Shown here one piece after another: positions 10,894-20,926 of a stretch of 64,000 bases of DNA; positions within the stretch are counted from its first letter, which is position 1, and each line of letters starts with the position of its first letter. The position numbers and the translations under genes are program-made. The stretch is taken from positions 320,001 to 384,000 of the forward strand of contig CAWBMP010000002.1 of the NCBI GenBank assembly GCA_963790025.1, given 5' to 3'. The DNA comes from Nitrospirota bacterium. GTDB taxonomy: Bacteria > Nitrospirota > Thermodesulfovibrionia > Thermodesulfovibrionales > Dissulfurispiraceae. Below the pieces are notes generated by a model. The model made no database searches, was not told the DNA's origin, and was given only the letters and a program-made list of their open reading frames with translations.

Positions 10894-11640
10894 ATGATAC
10901 TTCTGAAAGACAAGGTTGCACTCGTCACCGGTGGTTCGCGCGGCATAGGCGCGGCTATTGCAAAACGACTTGCACGTGATGGCGCCCATGTTGCTATCAG
11001 CTATGTCGCGTCAGTCGAAAAGGCAGAGGCCGTAGTGAGGGAGTTGGAAGGTCAAGGCATTCAGGCAGCGGCATTCAAGGCTGATCAGGCTAATCCTGCT
11101 CAAGTAGAGGGTTTAGTCAGGGCGGTCGTTGCACGTTTTGGCCGTCTCGATATTCTTGTTAACAGTGCCGGCGTCTTTGTCATAGGTGTAGTCGGAGACC
11201 CTGCCTTAGACCGGCCCGCGCTTGAACGGCAATTCGCGATAAACATAGGTGGCGTAGCTGCTGCCGTACGCATAGCAGCCACGGTCATGAGCGAAGGCGG
11301 CCGAATAATTTCAATTGGCTCTGTGCTCGGGAGTCACACGCCGTGGCCAGGCATGGGCGACTATTCGGCAACTAAAGCCGCTGTGGCCGCCTACACAAGG
11401 GGCTGGGCGCGGGACCTGGGACCGAAAGGTATTACCGTCAATGTCATTCAGCCCGGCCCTATCGACACCGATATGAATCCGGCAAATAGTGATTTTGCCG
11501 AGGCCCAAAAGGCGAGCACAGCGCTCGGCCGTTATGGTCGACCCGAGGAGGTCGCGGCGGCTGTCGCCTTTCTCGCGAGTCCGGAGGCATCTTACATCAC
11601 AGGTGCTGCCCTCAACGTAGATGGTGGATTTAGTGCTTGA
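10894..11640 (+). CDS. Short-chain dehydrogenase/reductase
   Basis: TGGSRGIG, NSAG, YSATK, PGPIDTDMNP. Confidence 0.92.
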   Translation: MILLKDKVALVTGGSRGIGAAIAKRLARDGAHVAISYVASVEKAEAVVRELEGQGIQAAAFKADQANPAQVEGLVRAVVARFGRLDILVNSAGVFVIGVVGDPALDRPALERQFAINIGGVAAAVRIAATVMSEGGRIISIGSVLGSHTPWPGMGDYSATKAAVAAYTRGWARDLGPKGITVNVIQPGPIDTDMNPANSDFAEAQKASTALGRYGRPEEVAAAVAFLASPEASYITGAALNVDGGFSA

Positions 11641-11758
11641 CTGCTTCCAATATTTCGGAAAAAAATAATATCGGAACTGGGGATCTCGACCATTTATAGT
11701 TCTCACTTTGTGCAGTAATATGGACGCTTTCCCATTTTTCCGACATTCAGGGGACGCC

Positions 11759-12154
11759 GTGAAAACCTTAGCATTAGTGTTCGGCCTTTGTATCAGCGCT
11801 GTCGGCGCTGCAGGCATTCTTGCGCCATCCGGCCTCGTGTGGCTCGCCCACCTCTTCATCACTTCCGGCGCGTTCTATGTTCTCGCTACGGTCCGAATCG
11901 CTTTTGGTCTCATCCTGATCTCGGTGGCATCGGCTTCCCGCGCACCAAAGGCGCTCCGCGTCATTGGCTGCGTCATCTTGATCCTTGGGATAATAACGGC
12001 TCTCACAGGTCTGGTGGCAGTCGGGCGGGCTCGAGGCGCTATCGAATGGTGGTTGCAGCAGGGGTCCGGCGTCTTCCGTCTAACATGCGTTATAGTCGTA
12101 GCCTTCGGAGGCTTCATCGCGTACGCCTGCGCGCCAGCTCGACGGGCTCCCTAA
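11759..12154 (+). CDS. Hypothetical four-TM membrane protein
   Basis: GTG start after AGGGGA; four hydrophobic segments; GC-richer than flanks. Confidence 0.65.
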   Translation: MKTLALVFGLCISAVGAAGILAPSGLVWLAHLFITSGAFYVLATVRIAFGLILISVASASRAPKALRVIGCVILILGIITALTGLVAVGRARGAIEWWLQQGSGVFRLTCVIVVAFGGFIAYACAPARRAP

Positions 12155-12423
12155 CAGGCGCTTGAAGCTGCGGGGCGCTACAATTGAGGTGGTTATATGG
12201 CACAACCCGTAATCTGCAATGAACACCTGAAAGTCCGCACCGCAGACGTCTTGTAAGAAATGTTGAATTCAGCTTGAAACATTGATGTTACGTTTGTTCT
12301 CAGCGTATACTCTTGCAAAGCAATCGTGAGTTCTATCTAATTGTTAAAATTGCCACAAGTCTAGGACTTGTTCTATAATGCTGCAAATTAAATACTTGGG
12401 AAGGATATAACTGGTTAAGACAT

Positions 12424-13878
12424 ATGGACTTTTGTCTTTCAATAGGGATAGATAAATATATCCACTTAGTTCCGCCCACGCCCTTTGCAGAAAATGATGC
12501 AAAGGAGTTTAAAATTATTATGGAAAGCGTTTTTAAGGTTAAATCTGCTGATCTCCTACGAGGGCATTATGCTACATACACGAATGTCAAATCTCATGTT
12601 ATGAAGATTGCTGCGAAGCTTGAAAAAGGAGATAGATTTTTTTTATTTTATGCTGGACACGGCCAAAACTTTGAAGGAAGTCCGGCCATAAGTTGCTACG
12701 ACACCACGCCAGACGATAAAACAACATGGCACGATGTGATAGATTTAATGAAAACAGTTAAGGAGAATGGCTGCGAGAAAATACTCCTTTTCATAGATGC
12801 ATGTGAGAGCACAATTGGACTGGGATCAAGAAAAAAAGGTCTGGGCAAATTCTCTATAGAAGAAATCAAAAAACATATTATAAAAAGTACTTATTCAAGC
12901 GTGTTCAGCGCAACGTCTCACAAGGGGATAGCGGACATTATGCCTGATAAGAAACACGCGGATATGGACCTATTACCTGCTACAGGCTCTGAAGTGGAGA
13001 AGAACCCAACGCTTTAAAAGAGGAAAGCTTATTGACTAACTATTCGCTTCAAACATCCCTAAGTATGAGTGTTAAGAAATACTGCAAATCAAACAAAGAC
13101 TGCGATATGCAATCTCTCACGTATGGGGAAAACAGAAGGCGAATTTCTAATCAAGGATTTCACGAAGTCGGTAATCAAATATAAAGAACTTCCTCCATCA
13201 AGTATTCGTCGGATTGAGTTTGTTACCATTCACATCTGAAGGCGTTAAGATGCTGTCCGGATTCAAAGCTGGGCATACTATCCCAAAGTTTCATTCTAGT
13301 GCTGTTGATAATTTTATAAATAGCATTGCAGAGGATGACATTAAAAAGCATATCGAAGATGTTTCTCAGGGGTTACGGAAACTGCTAAATTTAAAATCTA
13401 CGGATTTTAAACTAGCTACGATGATGGATGCGGGTCATTTGAGTGCCCCTATTTTAGGTATTCATATTGTGTTGAAATTGATGCGAATGACCTCAGAGAA
13501 GTTGAATTCACAGCGACTCTCGAACCTTATGATATTAATAAAATAATCGAGGTGTCAAAGAAGTTCGATCAGTGTTTTCCAGAATGGTTTGAATACCTCT
13601 TATTTACTTTGTCCAAACCAATGAATGTTGAAAAATTGATACGTACTATAGAAGAATCAAAGGCTGGGACGTTAAAGGATTTTAACTACGATTACCCCTC
13701 GGATAAATCGTCTGTTACGTTGTCGAGTGAGACGTTGGGAAGGGAAATTACAATTCTAGATAACGAAATTAAAATTCACTTTAGGGCAAAGGAAGAAATT
13801 CCATCAATGTTAAAAAGCTTAAAAGAACTCGCCAATGATTTAGTATTAATTTCTCCCAATTATAAACTTCTTGAATAG
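12424..13878 (+). pseudogene. Caspase-family (peptidase C14) protein with uncharacterised C-terminal region, interrupted by about 5 frameshifts
   Basis: SIGIDKY, FYAGHG and FIDACES (His-Cys dyad); reading continues in other frames (HGIWTYYLLQAL, GEFLIKDF, VKMLSGFKAGHTIP, GSFECPYFRY) to the stop at 13878. Confidence 0.8.
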
Positions 13879-14005
13879 CATTTTGATTGTAGGTCCGTTC
13901 TCATCGCCTTTTATGTTGATCTGTTCCATGATTTGACCCTTCATCCACGTTGAATCTGAACCCATGAATTGACCTGCCCCGCATCTCATTGTACCGAATA
14001 GAGCT

Positions 14006-15481
14006 TTAATTTTGTTCTAACCATTTATTAGCAACATCTTGAGCGAATGAAATCTGAGATAGGGCACCTTGATCTAGACTCGTATCGAGCGTCATATTCG
14101 CCAACAAAATCATAAGTTCTTGCAACCTATCGTTGAATAAGTCTTTTGCTCTTTTACTGTTGAATTCGAACCGGTCGCCAAAAGATATTGTAAACGGACT
14201 ATCTATTATCAACGGAATTATCTGATATATTGTAATTTGTGACTGTATCTTTGCGGCATCCAGCAGCAAATATCCGAGCCATCGCCACTCAGCGGCCTCA
14301 AACCCATCACCTCCATACTCGGGGTCACTGAATAGAACTGCAAAATGACGTGTGCTATATATATATGTGGGATCAACTGATTTAATAAAAGATTCTGGCT
14401 TGCCAAGGAATAATGCTTTAAAATTGTTTATGACAAAATTACGCAATTCTGGAGTTTTTTCCTTTGATGTCACATAGGGATTATGTCTCCAATAACTGTA
14501 CAAATCATTGGCGAAATGAAGACTTATGGGAAGGGCTTTTATGATTTCTTCAAGAATCCATTTGCCATGTTCACCCTCAGTCCCCATTGGCATCCTATTT
14601 GAAAGTCTCCAGAGCGATAGAAAACCTGGACAGCTGTCGACATTTGCCTTTACTCCGTCATGTAGAAGGATGACTTCAAAAAGTGATGTAGCAAGTTCAC
14701 GTATATCTTCCGGATTTAAAAAATAACGAGCGAATTGTTCTAATTTGGAAGACGAAGTTGGTAATGAGTATAACACCTCCGGAAATGAGAAATCCCTAAG
14801 AACAATACCATTGTGATCAAATTTCCATTTTCTTAGAGCTTGCAGAATTTCTTGATCTGATATTTCGGCTTCAGGTATAGCTTCATCATTTATTCTTTGC
14901 CAGTAGTTTGTCGGATAACTATTCCGTATGCCTTGAGGTATTTGTACAGAACTAAAGGGGCCTTTATCCCACGTTGGAAATAAGAAGGCTATTAATTTCT
15001 CGGCTGCGACGGCATCCCATTCTACATTCGTTGCTAATAGCCCCCATTTCTCTTTTAAATAGGTTCTACTCTTTTTTGCGCTGTCATCGTTTTGTCGTGA
15101 TTCCAATGTTTGAAGTTCTCTGATGTTTTCCATGAGAAAATCATAGGCTTCAGGAGCGGCAAATCTCAAAACAGTCGCAATAAAAAGATCATCGTAATCG
15201 ATTTCCCCATGCAAACTGTTCCAGACAGATAATATTCTTCTGAAGGATATTTTTAGCAATCGAGGTGTTTTTAAAAGGCTCGCAATATTATCTACAGGTT
15301 CTCTGAAAAGAGGATCTATGGAACTCATAATACGAATATTAAGATCATATGCCCCTTTCAAACTACCCAAACGCATTTCTCGTTCCTTTTGAGGCACTAG
15401 ATCTATCACGTCAGAATATTTTGTTAAACAAAAATCTCGAAATAGATCGACTGTTTTTAAAAAATCCTTATAGTTAATCAC
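14006..15481 (-). CDS. C-terminal helical portion of KAP-family P-loop NTPase
   Basis: LKTPRLLK...W..LHGEIDYDDL...LR...PEAYDFL pattern follows the KAP NTPase core; GTGA overlap with the upstream frame. Confidence 0.7.
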   Translation of the reverse strand: MINYKDFLKTVDLFRDFCLTKYSDVIDLVPQKEREMRLGSLKGAYDLNIRIMSSIDPLFREPVDNIASLLKTPRLLKISFRRILSVWNSLHGEIDYDDLFIATVLRFAAPEAYDFLMENIRELQTLESRQNDDSAKKSRTYLKEKWGLLATNVEWDAVAAEKLIAFLFPTWDKGPFSSVQIPQGIRNSYPTNYWQRINDEAIPEAEISDQEILQALRKWKFDHNGIVLRDFSFPEVLYSLPTSSSKLEQFARYFLNPEDIRELATSLFEVILLHDGVKANVDSCPGFLSLWRLSNRMPMGTEGEHGKWILEEIIKALPISLHFANDLYSYWRHNPYVTSKEKTPELRNFVINNFKALFLGKPESFIKSVDPTYIYSTRHFAVLFSDPEYGGDGFEAAEWRWLGYLLLDAAKIQSQITIYQIIPLIIDSPFTISFGDRFEFNSKRAKDLFNDRLQELMILLANMTLDTSLDQGALSQISFAQDVANKWLEQN

Positions 15482-16717
15482 GTCAGACTCTCCACATGGT
15501 CACAAATACGGATAAGTACGCTCGAATACTGATGTTCGGTTCCTATTGCCAGGACAAATGATATATGTTTCAAATGGCGCAATCTATCCAACAAAGCCGG
15601 CATTTCATCTCTGATCATTTCATCAGAGACGTTTTCTGTCTAAATCTTCTAAAAAGATTATGAGACGCATATGTGCAGCATCTAATAGCACGTCTAATTT
15701 TGCCAATGTGGTATGAGGGCTGTCTTGCCGGTTCAGTAGCAGGAAACTTATGAAACCTAATGGACCTTTTAATAGCTCTAAGGCTTCAATATAAGCGGCG
15801 GGTGTGGTTATAACTGATAAGCAATCTATTTCAGCACTTAGACGTTTGATGGCTATAGTAAGGATTTGTTGAGCGATAGAGCCTTTTATCCGGCCCCATC
15901 CATCGACCCGACATATAAGGAGTTTGCCATAAAAAAAATCGGAATCATCATGAACTGAACTAAAAGCCTTTGAGGTTTCACATGGATTATTAAGATAATA
16001 TTCTACCAAATTCAGCAAACTACTTTTCCCGATACCGTATTGCCCAACAACCCCAATAGTTTTTAATTCTCGAAACATTAGCTCACACGATATTCGTTGT
16101 GCCATAACTGACAAACCAAAGCGATCTTGAGCCGGTTGTCTTATTGGCACCTCTTCCTGAAGCCAGTGAATCAAATGATCAGGACTATCCAGCACGCTTT
16201 GAAAGTTCCCTGCTGAATCAGCAGATTGAAGCGGCAAAGAGGTTTCTTGAGTTAAACTGAGAGAGAAAAATCTATGAAATAGAGATGCCGTTGCAAATCC
16301 AACTATCATCGACGACGCGACATATCCGAAAGCGTAGAAGTTGACATAGTTGCTCAAAACCTGACGATCAGATAAGGGAAACATAGACAAAAGCCAACAA
16401 TAGACACACAGGCCAACAAGGCTAAAAAACCAGACAGGTGGATATCGAATAAATCTATCTGGCGATAAATCACCCCAGCGAAATCCACCAACCCTGATTA
16501 ACAAAAACCATAGGAAGCCACTAATCAGGGTAGTGATGAAAAATTGTAGCCATATTGGCCAAGGACTTGTGATTTGACCAAATCTATCAGATAAAAATTG
16601 GATTAATGGATAAAGCAAGACACATACGAGTATTGCCACAACAATAAGAGCCAATAGATCTAACCAGCGTCTAAGCGAAGACCGCATAGAAATAAAAGCC
16701 ATTTTCATTTTATTCAT
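15478..16717 (-). pseudogene. N-terminal portion of membrane-anchored KAP-family NTPase, +1 frameshift near 15633
   Basis: Several N-terminal TM helices, DRFG, Walker A GQYGIGKSS, Walker B IIFLEDLDR; removing one A extends the frame to ...ICDHVESLT*. Confidence 0.8.
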
Positions 16718-16956
16718 ATATAAAGATACGTCTGAAAATCGCTGAACATTCTTCCGATTTCAGTTGACCATAGTACAGGCATGAATACCCCCAGGAAGAT
16801 TGCATATTATTGTACATAATTCGTAAGAATTTCAATATATAGGAAGAGACTTACACCTGATAACGTCCTCGGGTGTCTCGCCGAATATTCCGGTAGAAAA
16901 TAGGGACACATCCCAATTTTCTTGACACACAGGTAAGGTAGTCGATAGAATTCTCA

Positions 16957-17628
16957 ATGCCGAGGATCGGAAGAGCGGTTGCGGCGGGATTTCCGCACCA
17001 TGTAATTCAAAGGGGAAACAATCGAGGGGAAGTCTTTTTTGAAAAAGATGACCGAAAGCAGTATCTCTCGCTGCTAAAGAAATATGCCGCGAAGTGGACT
17101 TCTCCTGTAATGGCGTACTGCCTGATGACCAATCATGTCCATCTCCTGACGAAACCCGGATCGGAAGAGTCCCTATTTAAGATGATGCAGGGGCTTACCC
17201 TCTGCTATACGCAATACGTAAACAGGGTCTACAGGAGGACAGGAAGATTGTGGGAGAGTCGTTATCATTCATGCATTGTGGATCACGAGAAGTATTTGTG
17301 GGCAGTTGCAAGGTACATCGAGCAAAATCCGGTGCGCGCCGGGATGGTAGAGAACGCTGAAGACTATCTCTATTCAAGTGCCCGCGCTCATGTCAGTGGA
17401 AGCGATGATGTTGTATTGGGAGCAGAGCTGTTCAGTAAAGAGCAGCATGCGGACTATATACTTCTGCTGCACTCGGACATACCCCAGAGAGAAATTGAGC
17501 GCGTGCGGTACGCGACAAAGACGGGAAGACCCTTTGGCAATGAGGGATTTGTTGTTGAAATGGAAGGAAAGCTTGAACGAAGGCTCTTACAGCGGCCGAG
17601 AGGAAGGCCACGAAGGGAAGCGTTATGA
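16957..17628 (+). CDS. REP-associated tyrosine transposase (Y1_Tnp, HUH)
   Basis: HHVIQRGNNR, YCLMTNHVHLL (HUH), YIEQNPVRAG, YSS, C-terminal RPRGRPR. Confidence 0.92.
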   Translation: MPRIGRAVAAGFPHHVIQRGNNRGEVFFEKDDRKQYLSLLKKYAAKWTSPVMAYCLMTNHVHLLTKPGSEESLFKMMQGLTLCYTQYVNRVYRRTGRLWESRYHSCIVDHEKYLWAVARYIEQNPVRAGMVENAEDYLYSSARAHVSGSDDVVLGAELFSKEQHADYILLLHSDIPQREIERVRYATKTGRPFGNEGFVVEMEGKLERRLLQRPRGRPRREAL

Positions 17629-17675
17629 AAAATGGGATGTGTCCCTATTTCCAAATAGGGACACATCCCATTTTT
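17628..17675. repeat. Perfect 23-bp-arm palindrome
   Basis: aaaaatgggatgtgtccctattt-cc-aaatagggacacatcccattttt. Confidence 0.95.
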
Positions 17676-17857
17676 TAAACCACACCCGCAAATAAATAGA
17701 AACCGTCCCCTTTGAATTTTCCTCAGAAACGGGGTCAGGCTTGCATACGTGCATTTAGCTGAGGATTTCCATTTGTACCCCGCAGAATTATTAGGATGAA
17801 GGTTGATGTTAGGTGTGAAAACATTTCTGGTTGCACGTTAGTTGATGCGTTTGGACT

Positions 17858-18469
17858 TTAGGTTTTCAAAGCTTGAACGACATCAGACAACAATTTCTGC
17901 AGCATGTCTATCATTGCGCCCTCAAGAGTTTTCTGGTAGCCGGCGGCAGGCATACCAAAGCTGACACCTGCGGGACCCCTGCCCTTGCCGGCATATTCCT
18001 TGTCTTTGATCAGTATCTTGCTATTCTTCGTTATAGTAACAATAGCCTTCACGTCACCAGACCATCTCATGTATACTGATGCCCAGCAAAGGGTTACATC
18101 AACATCTATCCTGCTTGCCTGACCGCTATCCTTGTCCGAAATAATTGCGCCGAATCTCTTAAGCTCGGCTTCAATACAGTTTTTGACCCAGACGGCTGCA
18201 TCCTTGTCGGCCCAGACATGCGACATCGTAATATAATATGTGTTCTTAACAGCCCCAACTTCGTTAGGCTTCAGGCCGTCTTCTCTTTTATCGATCACAT
18301 TGACAAAAATATTCTGTCCAGATGCATCGAGTTTCATGGGTGTTTCAACTTGGTTCAATGTGACATTCCTGCCATTAATAGCGCACCCCAGCATACCTGA
18401 AAGCAGAAGTACTAAAACTAGTAATGCGCATTTTTGAAATCTCGTAAGCATCTCTTGTCCATCCCTCAT
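17858..18469 (-). CDS. Lipoprotein, YajG-like (alternative start 18451)
   Basis: Lipobox MLGC after a hydrophobic stretch; V.DKR...VG.VKN pattern. Confidence 0.65.
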   Translation of the reverse strand: MRDGQEMLTRFQKCALLVLVLLLSGMLGCAINGRNVTLNQVETPMKLDASGQNIFVNVIDKREDGLKPNEVGAVKNTYYITMSHVWADKDAAVWVKNCIEAELKRFGAIISDKDSGQASRIDVDVTLCWASVYMRWSGDVKAIVTITKNSKILIKDKEYAGKGRGPAGVSFGMPAAGYQKTLEGAMIDMLQKLLSDVVQALKT

Positions 18470-18642
18470 TTAAAAAGGCTATGCTTTGACGTGAACAAAA
18501 TTAATACATTGCATTGTGCCCTGTCAAGTCAAAAATAAATGAGACTTCAGGGGACACAATACTTTCGAGAGAAGCGTTTTGCATTATTCCCCTAAAAACT
18601 ATCACATTTTCCGCATAGGAGCCGACTCAATGTTCCTGTCAA

Positions 18643-19827
18643 CTATACACATACCTCCTTAAAATGAGTTCTCTGAGTCAGCATAGCAAACATAACTCTG
18701 ACCAGTTTGTGAGCTGTTGCAAGCGCAGCTTTTTTAAATGGCTGGCCAGCTTCTTTTCGTTTCATGAAATATTCCCTGAATGTTGGGTTGTGCTGTATCA
18801 CGCATACGGTCATAAGCCAAATGACCCTTCTGAGATGACGATTGCCCCTCTTTGAGATTCGGCTTGACCCTTCATATTTCCCTGATTGATACACTGATGG
18901 ATCTATTCCGGCAAAAGCGATAAGATTCTTTACGGAAGGGAAATTGCTTATTTTGCCAATCTCGGCAAGAAATGCAGTGGCAGTTTTGTCAGAAATTCCA
19001 TTGATCGAGGTAATAATCTCTAAGTCCTCAATCATCATTGATTTGCAGGCCTCGGTAAGTGCTTTGGCCAGTTCATTGCGCTGTTCATAAAGATGCTTGA
19101 TCGTAGATATCTTTCCTCTGAGAATCAACTCCTTTGCTGGACTCACTGTTGCAACAGAGTTCTGTGCTGCCTGGATAAGGTCTGCTGCTGTGTAGGTCAA
19201 TCTGGTGCCCACTCCCTTTCTGTTCAGTGCTTTTGCTATTGCCCTGGGTTTGGCAGCTTTCACCATGCGAGCAGAAGAAAACTCCTGCAAAAAGTCGAGC
19301 ATTACCTTTGTTGAGGGATCGCAGATAGATTCCAGTTCCGGGAAGATTGTTTGAAGGAGTCTTTTGATCTCTGTTTTATTGATAGATATTAGCTGACATA
19401 GCGATTCACTCTCTCTTGCAAGATCTCTGAGGTCCTGCAGGTCCTGGGTAACCGACAGTTGCGAGAGAGAATCCCTGTGTATCATAGCGAACTGGGCAAT
19501 GGTACCGGCGTCTTTCTTGTCCGTCTTAGTCTTCCGAAGAGAAAGTCTGGCAAAATTTGAAATCAGCAGCGGATTAATTACAACAGCGTTCACGTTATTT
19601 GCGGTGAGGAATGAGAACAGGTTGATGTGATAGCACGCCGTAGATTCCATGGCGACGAGCACGTCTGCTAAGTCCCGACTCTTGCTCTTCAGTTCATCCA
19701 ATAAGTTGGAAAATCCCGTGCTATTCATAGGAAATGACATGGAAAAAAGAGTCTCGCCCTTGGCATTTAGACCATGCCCCGTGGACGAATCCTTTGCTAC
19801 ATCAATCCCAACGAAAACCTCGATCAT
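18643..19827 (-). CDS. IS110-family DEDD recombinase/transposase
   Basis: GIDVAK, MESTACY, KTDKKDA, AGIDPSVYQSG, SKRGNRHLR; AGGAGGAGG RBS before ATG at 19827. Confidence 0.95.
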   Translation of the reverse strand: MIEVFVGIDVAKDSSTGHGLNAKGETLFSMSFPMNSTGFSNLLDELKSKSRDLADVLVAMESTACYHINLFSFLTANNVNAVVINPLLISNFARLSLRKTKTDKKDAGTIAQFAMIHRDSLSQLSVTQDLQDLRDLARESESLCQLISINKTEIKRLLQTIFPELESICDPSTKVMLDFLQEFSSARMVKAAKPRAIAKALNRKGVGTRLTYTAADLIQAAQNSVATVSPAKELILRGKISTIKHLYEQRNELAKALTEACKSMMIEDLEIITSINGISDKTATAFLAEIGKISNFPSVKNLIAFAGIDPSVYQSGKYEGSSRISKRGNRHLRRVIWLMTVCVIQHNPTFREYFMKRKEAGQPFKKAALATAHKLVRVMFAMLTQRTHFKEVCV

Positions 19828-19849
19828 TTGGATTACCTCCTCCTGACAG

Positions 19850-20000
19850 ATTTTGAAGGGAAGGATATGCCTCCCAGCCAATACACCCGCGTTACCAGGG
19901 CTCTAAGGCCCAATCAACTGATCAGGGCTAGGGGAGGCAGGGGATAAACAGAAACAAGGGTTCTATCACCCAGTGAGCACCATATCCTCCTGCCCTTCCT
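19850..20000 (-). ncRNA. Candidate IS110 bridge RNA
   Basis: Two stem/internal-loop/hairpin modules (GGGT-gataga-ACCC; GGGC-cttaga-GCCC closed by GCCTCCC..AGCC / GGCTGGGAGGC) upstream of the recombinase. Confidence 0.55.
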
Positions 20001-20290
20001 GACTTCTTTATAACATAATCTGTTGGTAGGTGTGAGGATGTAGCGTCTCGACGTCCGGCTGAAAACACGCAAGAGCCTCTTGCGCTCAAGAAGGATGATT
20101 TTGGAGTCAAGAAAAATACAATTTGTGGCTTCTAAATAGTCAGGCTCAAGAACTTTGCAAACTCATTGTTAACCATCATGTGATTTTAACCCACTATGGA
20201 TATTTATCGGCGTCGAACAGCGACTCACTGTAGTTCATTGACACAGATACATCTTTAGACTAATGAAACTTGCATAATCGACCTTACAAA

Positions 20291-20328
20291 TGCGATAATT
20301 GTCGTATACAACTACAACAAATGTCGTA
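20291..20328. promoter_or_regulatory. Tandem imperfect palindromic operators upstream of the TA operon
   Basis: tgcgataattgtcgta (20291-20306) and tacaacaaatgtcgta (20313-20328). Confidence 0.55.
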
Positions 20329-20350
20329 AATAAGAAAGGTGGTGTTAATT

Positions 20351-20926
20351 ATGCCGCACAGAATATTTCAGGCGCAATCCTGTGAGCACGAAAGCATAGA
20401 ACTGCGGGCTCTTGTTCTACTTGGGGTAAAAGAGATCATAAAGGCTATGATGGATTACCAGAAACATAGCGGTTCTAGAACTACTAAGCATTTTTTATCT
20501 CACAGAGAGACTATGTTAAATTGGGAACCTTCGAAACATATTTGCCTTGACATAGGCGGTCTGCGACCGGACCACTTTATTCGGGAAGGGTTTGATAGCA
20601 GATCAAGCCGGCTCCTGAAGAATAGCCTCAGGATAACCGACCATGAGATATCAGAATTGATCGGTGTTACAAGCAGGACGATCCAAAGAAAGGTGAAGGC
20701 GAAAGAGAAATTTGACATGATAGCTAGCGACCGCCTGTATCGTGTAGCACTTGTTTTTGCACTTGCAACGGAAGTATTCGAAAACGAAGAAGAGGCTAGG
20801 GAATGGCTCCGTGAGCCTCAGTATGATCTTGGTAACAGAATTCCCCTTGAGGTCATCCAGACAGAGGCCGGCGCCAGAGAGGTTGAGAGTCTTCTTCGGC
20901 GTATTGACCAGGGCGTCCTGGCATGA
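20351..20926 (+). CDS. Xre/MbcA/ParS-family antitoxin
   Basis: HTH-like ELIGVTSRTIQR; SDRLYR, AREWLREP, IPLE...TEAGAREVE..L.RI..G; start codon uncertain. Confidence 0.88.
   Translation: MPHRIFQAQSCEHESIELRALVLLGVKEIIKAMMDYQKHSGSRTTKHFLSHRETMLNWEPSKHICLDIGGLRPDHFIREGFDSRSSRLLKNSLRITDHEISELIGVTSRTIQRKVKAKEKFDMIASDRLYRVALVFALATEVFENEEEAREWLREPQYDLGNRIPLEVIQTEAGAREVESLLRRIDQGVLA

Larger units (their letters stand above)
16896..17675 (+). mobile_element. RAYT-type Y1 transposase locus with terminal inverted motifs
   Basis: AAATAGGGACACATCCCA upstream; inverted and direct copies at 17628-17675 downstream. Confidence 0.75.
18627..20020 (-). mobile_element. IS110-family element (ends inferred)
   Basis: Recombinase ORF, about 190-nt structured upstream non-coding end, -35 box just after the stop and -10 box at the far end. 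Confidence 0.75.

Noticed and set aside
18643..19881. Longer N-termini given by the ORF track (also rpsH, rpsC, rpsJ, fusA, rpsL, USP, TPR, NosL-like, propeller)
   Set aside because: RBS position and family N-termini support the downstream starts used here.
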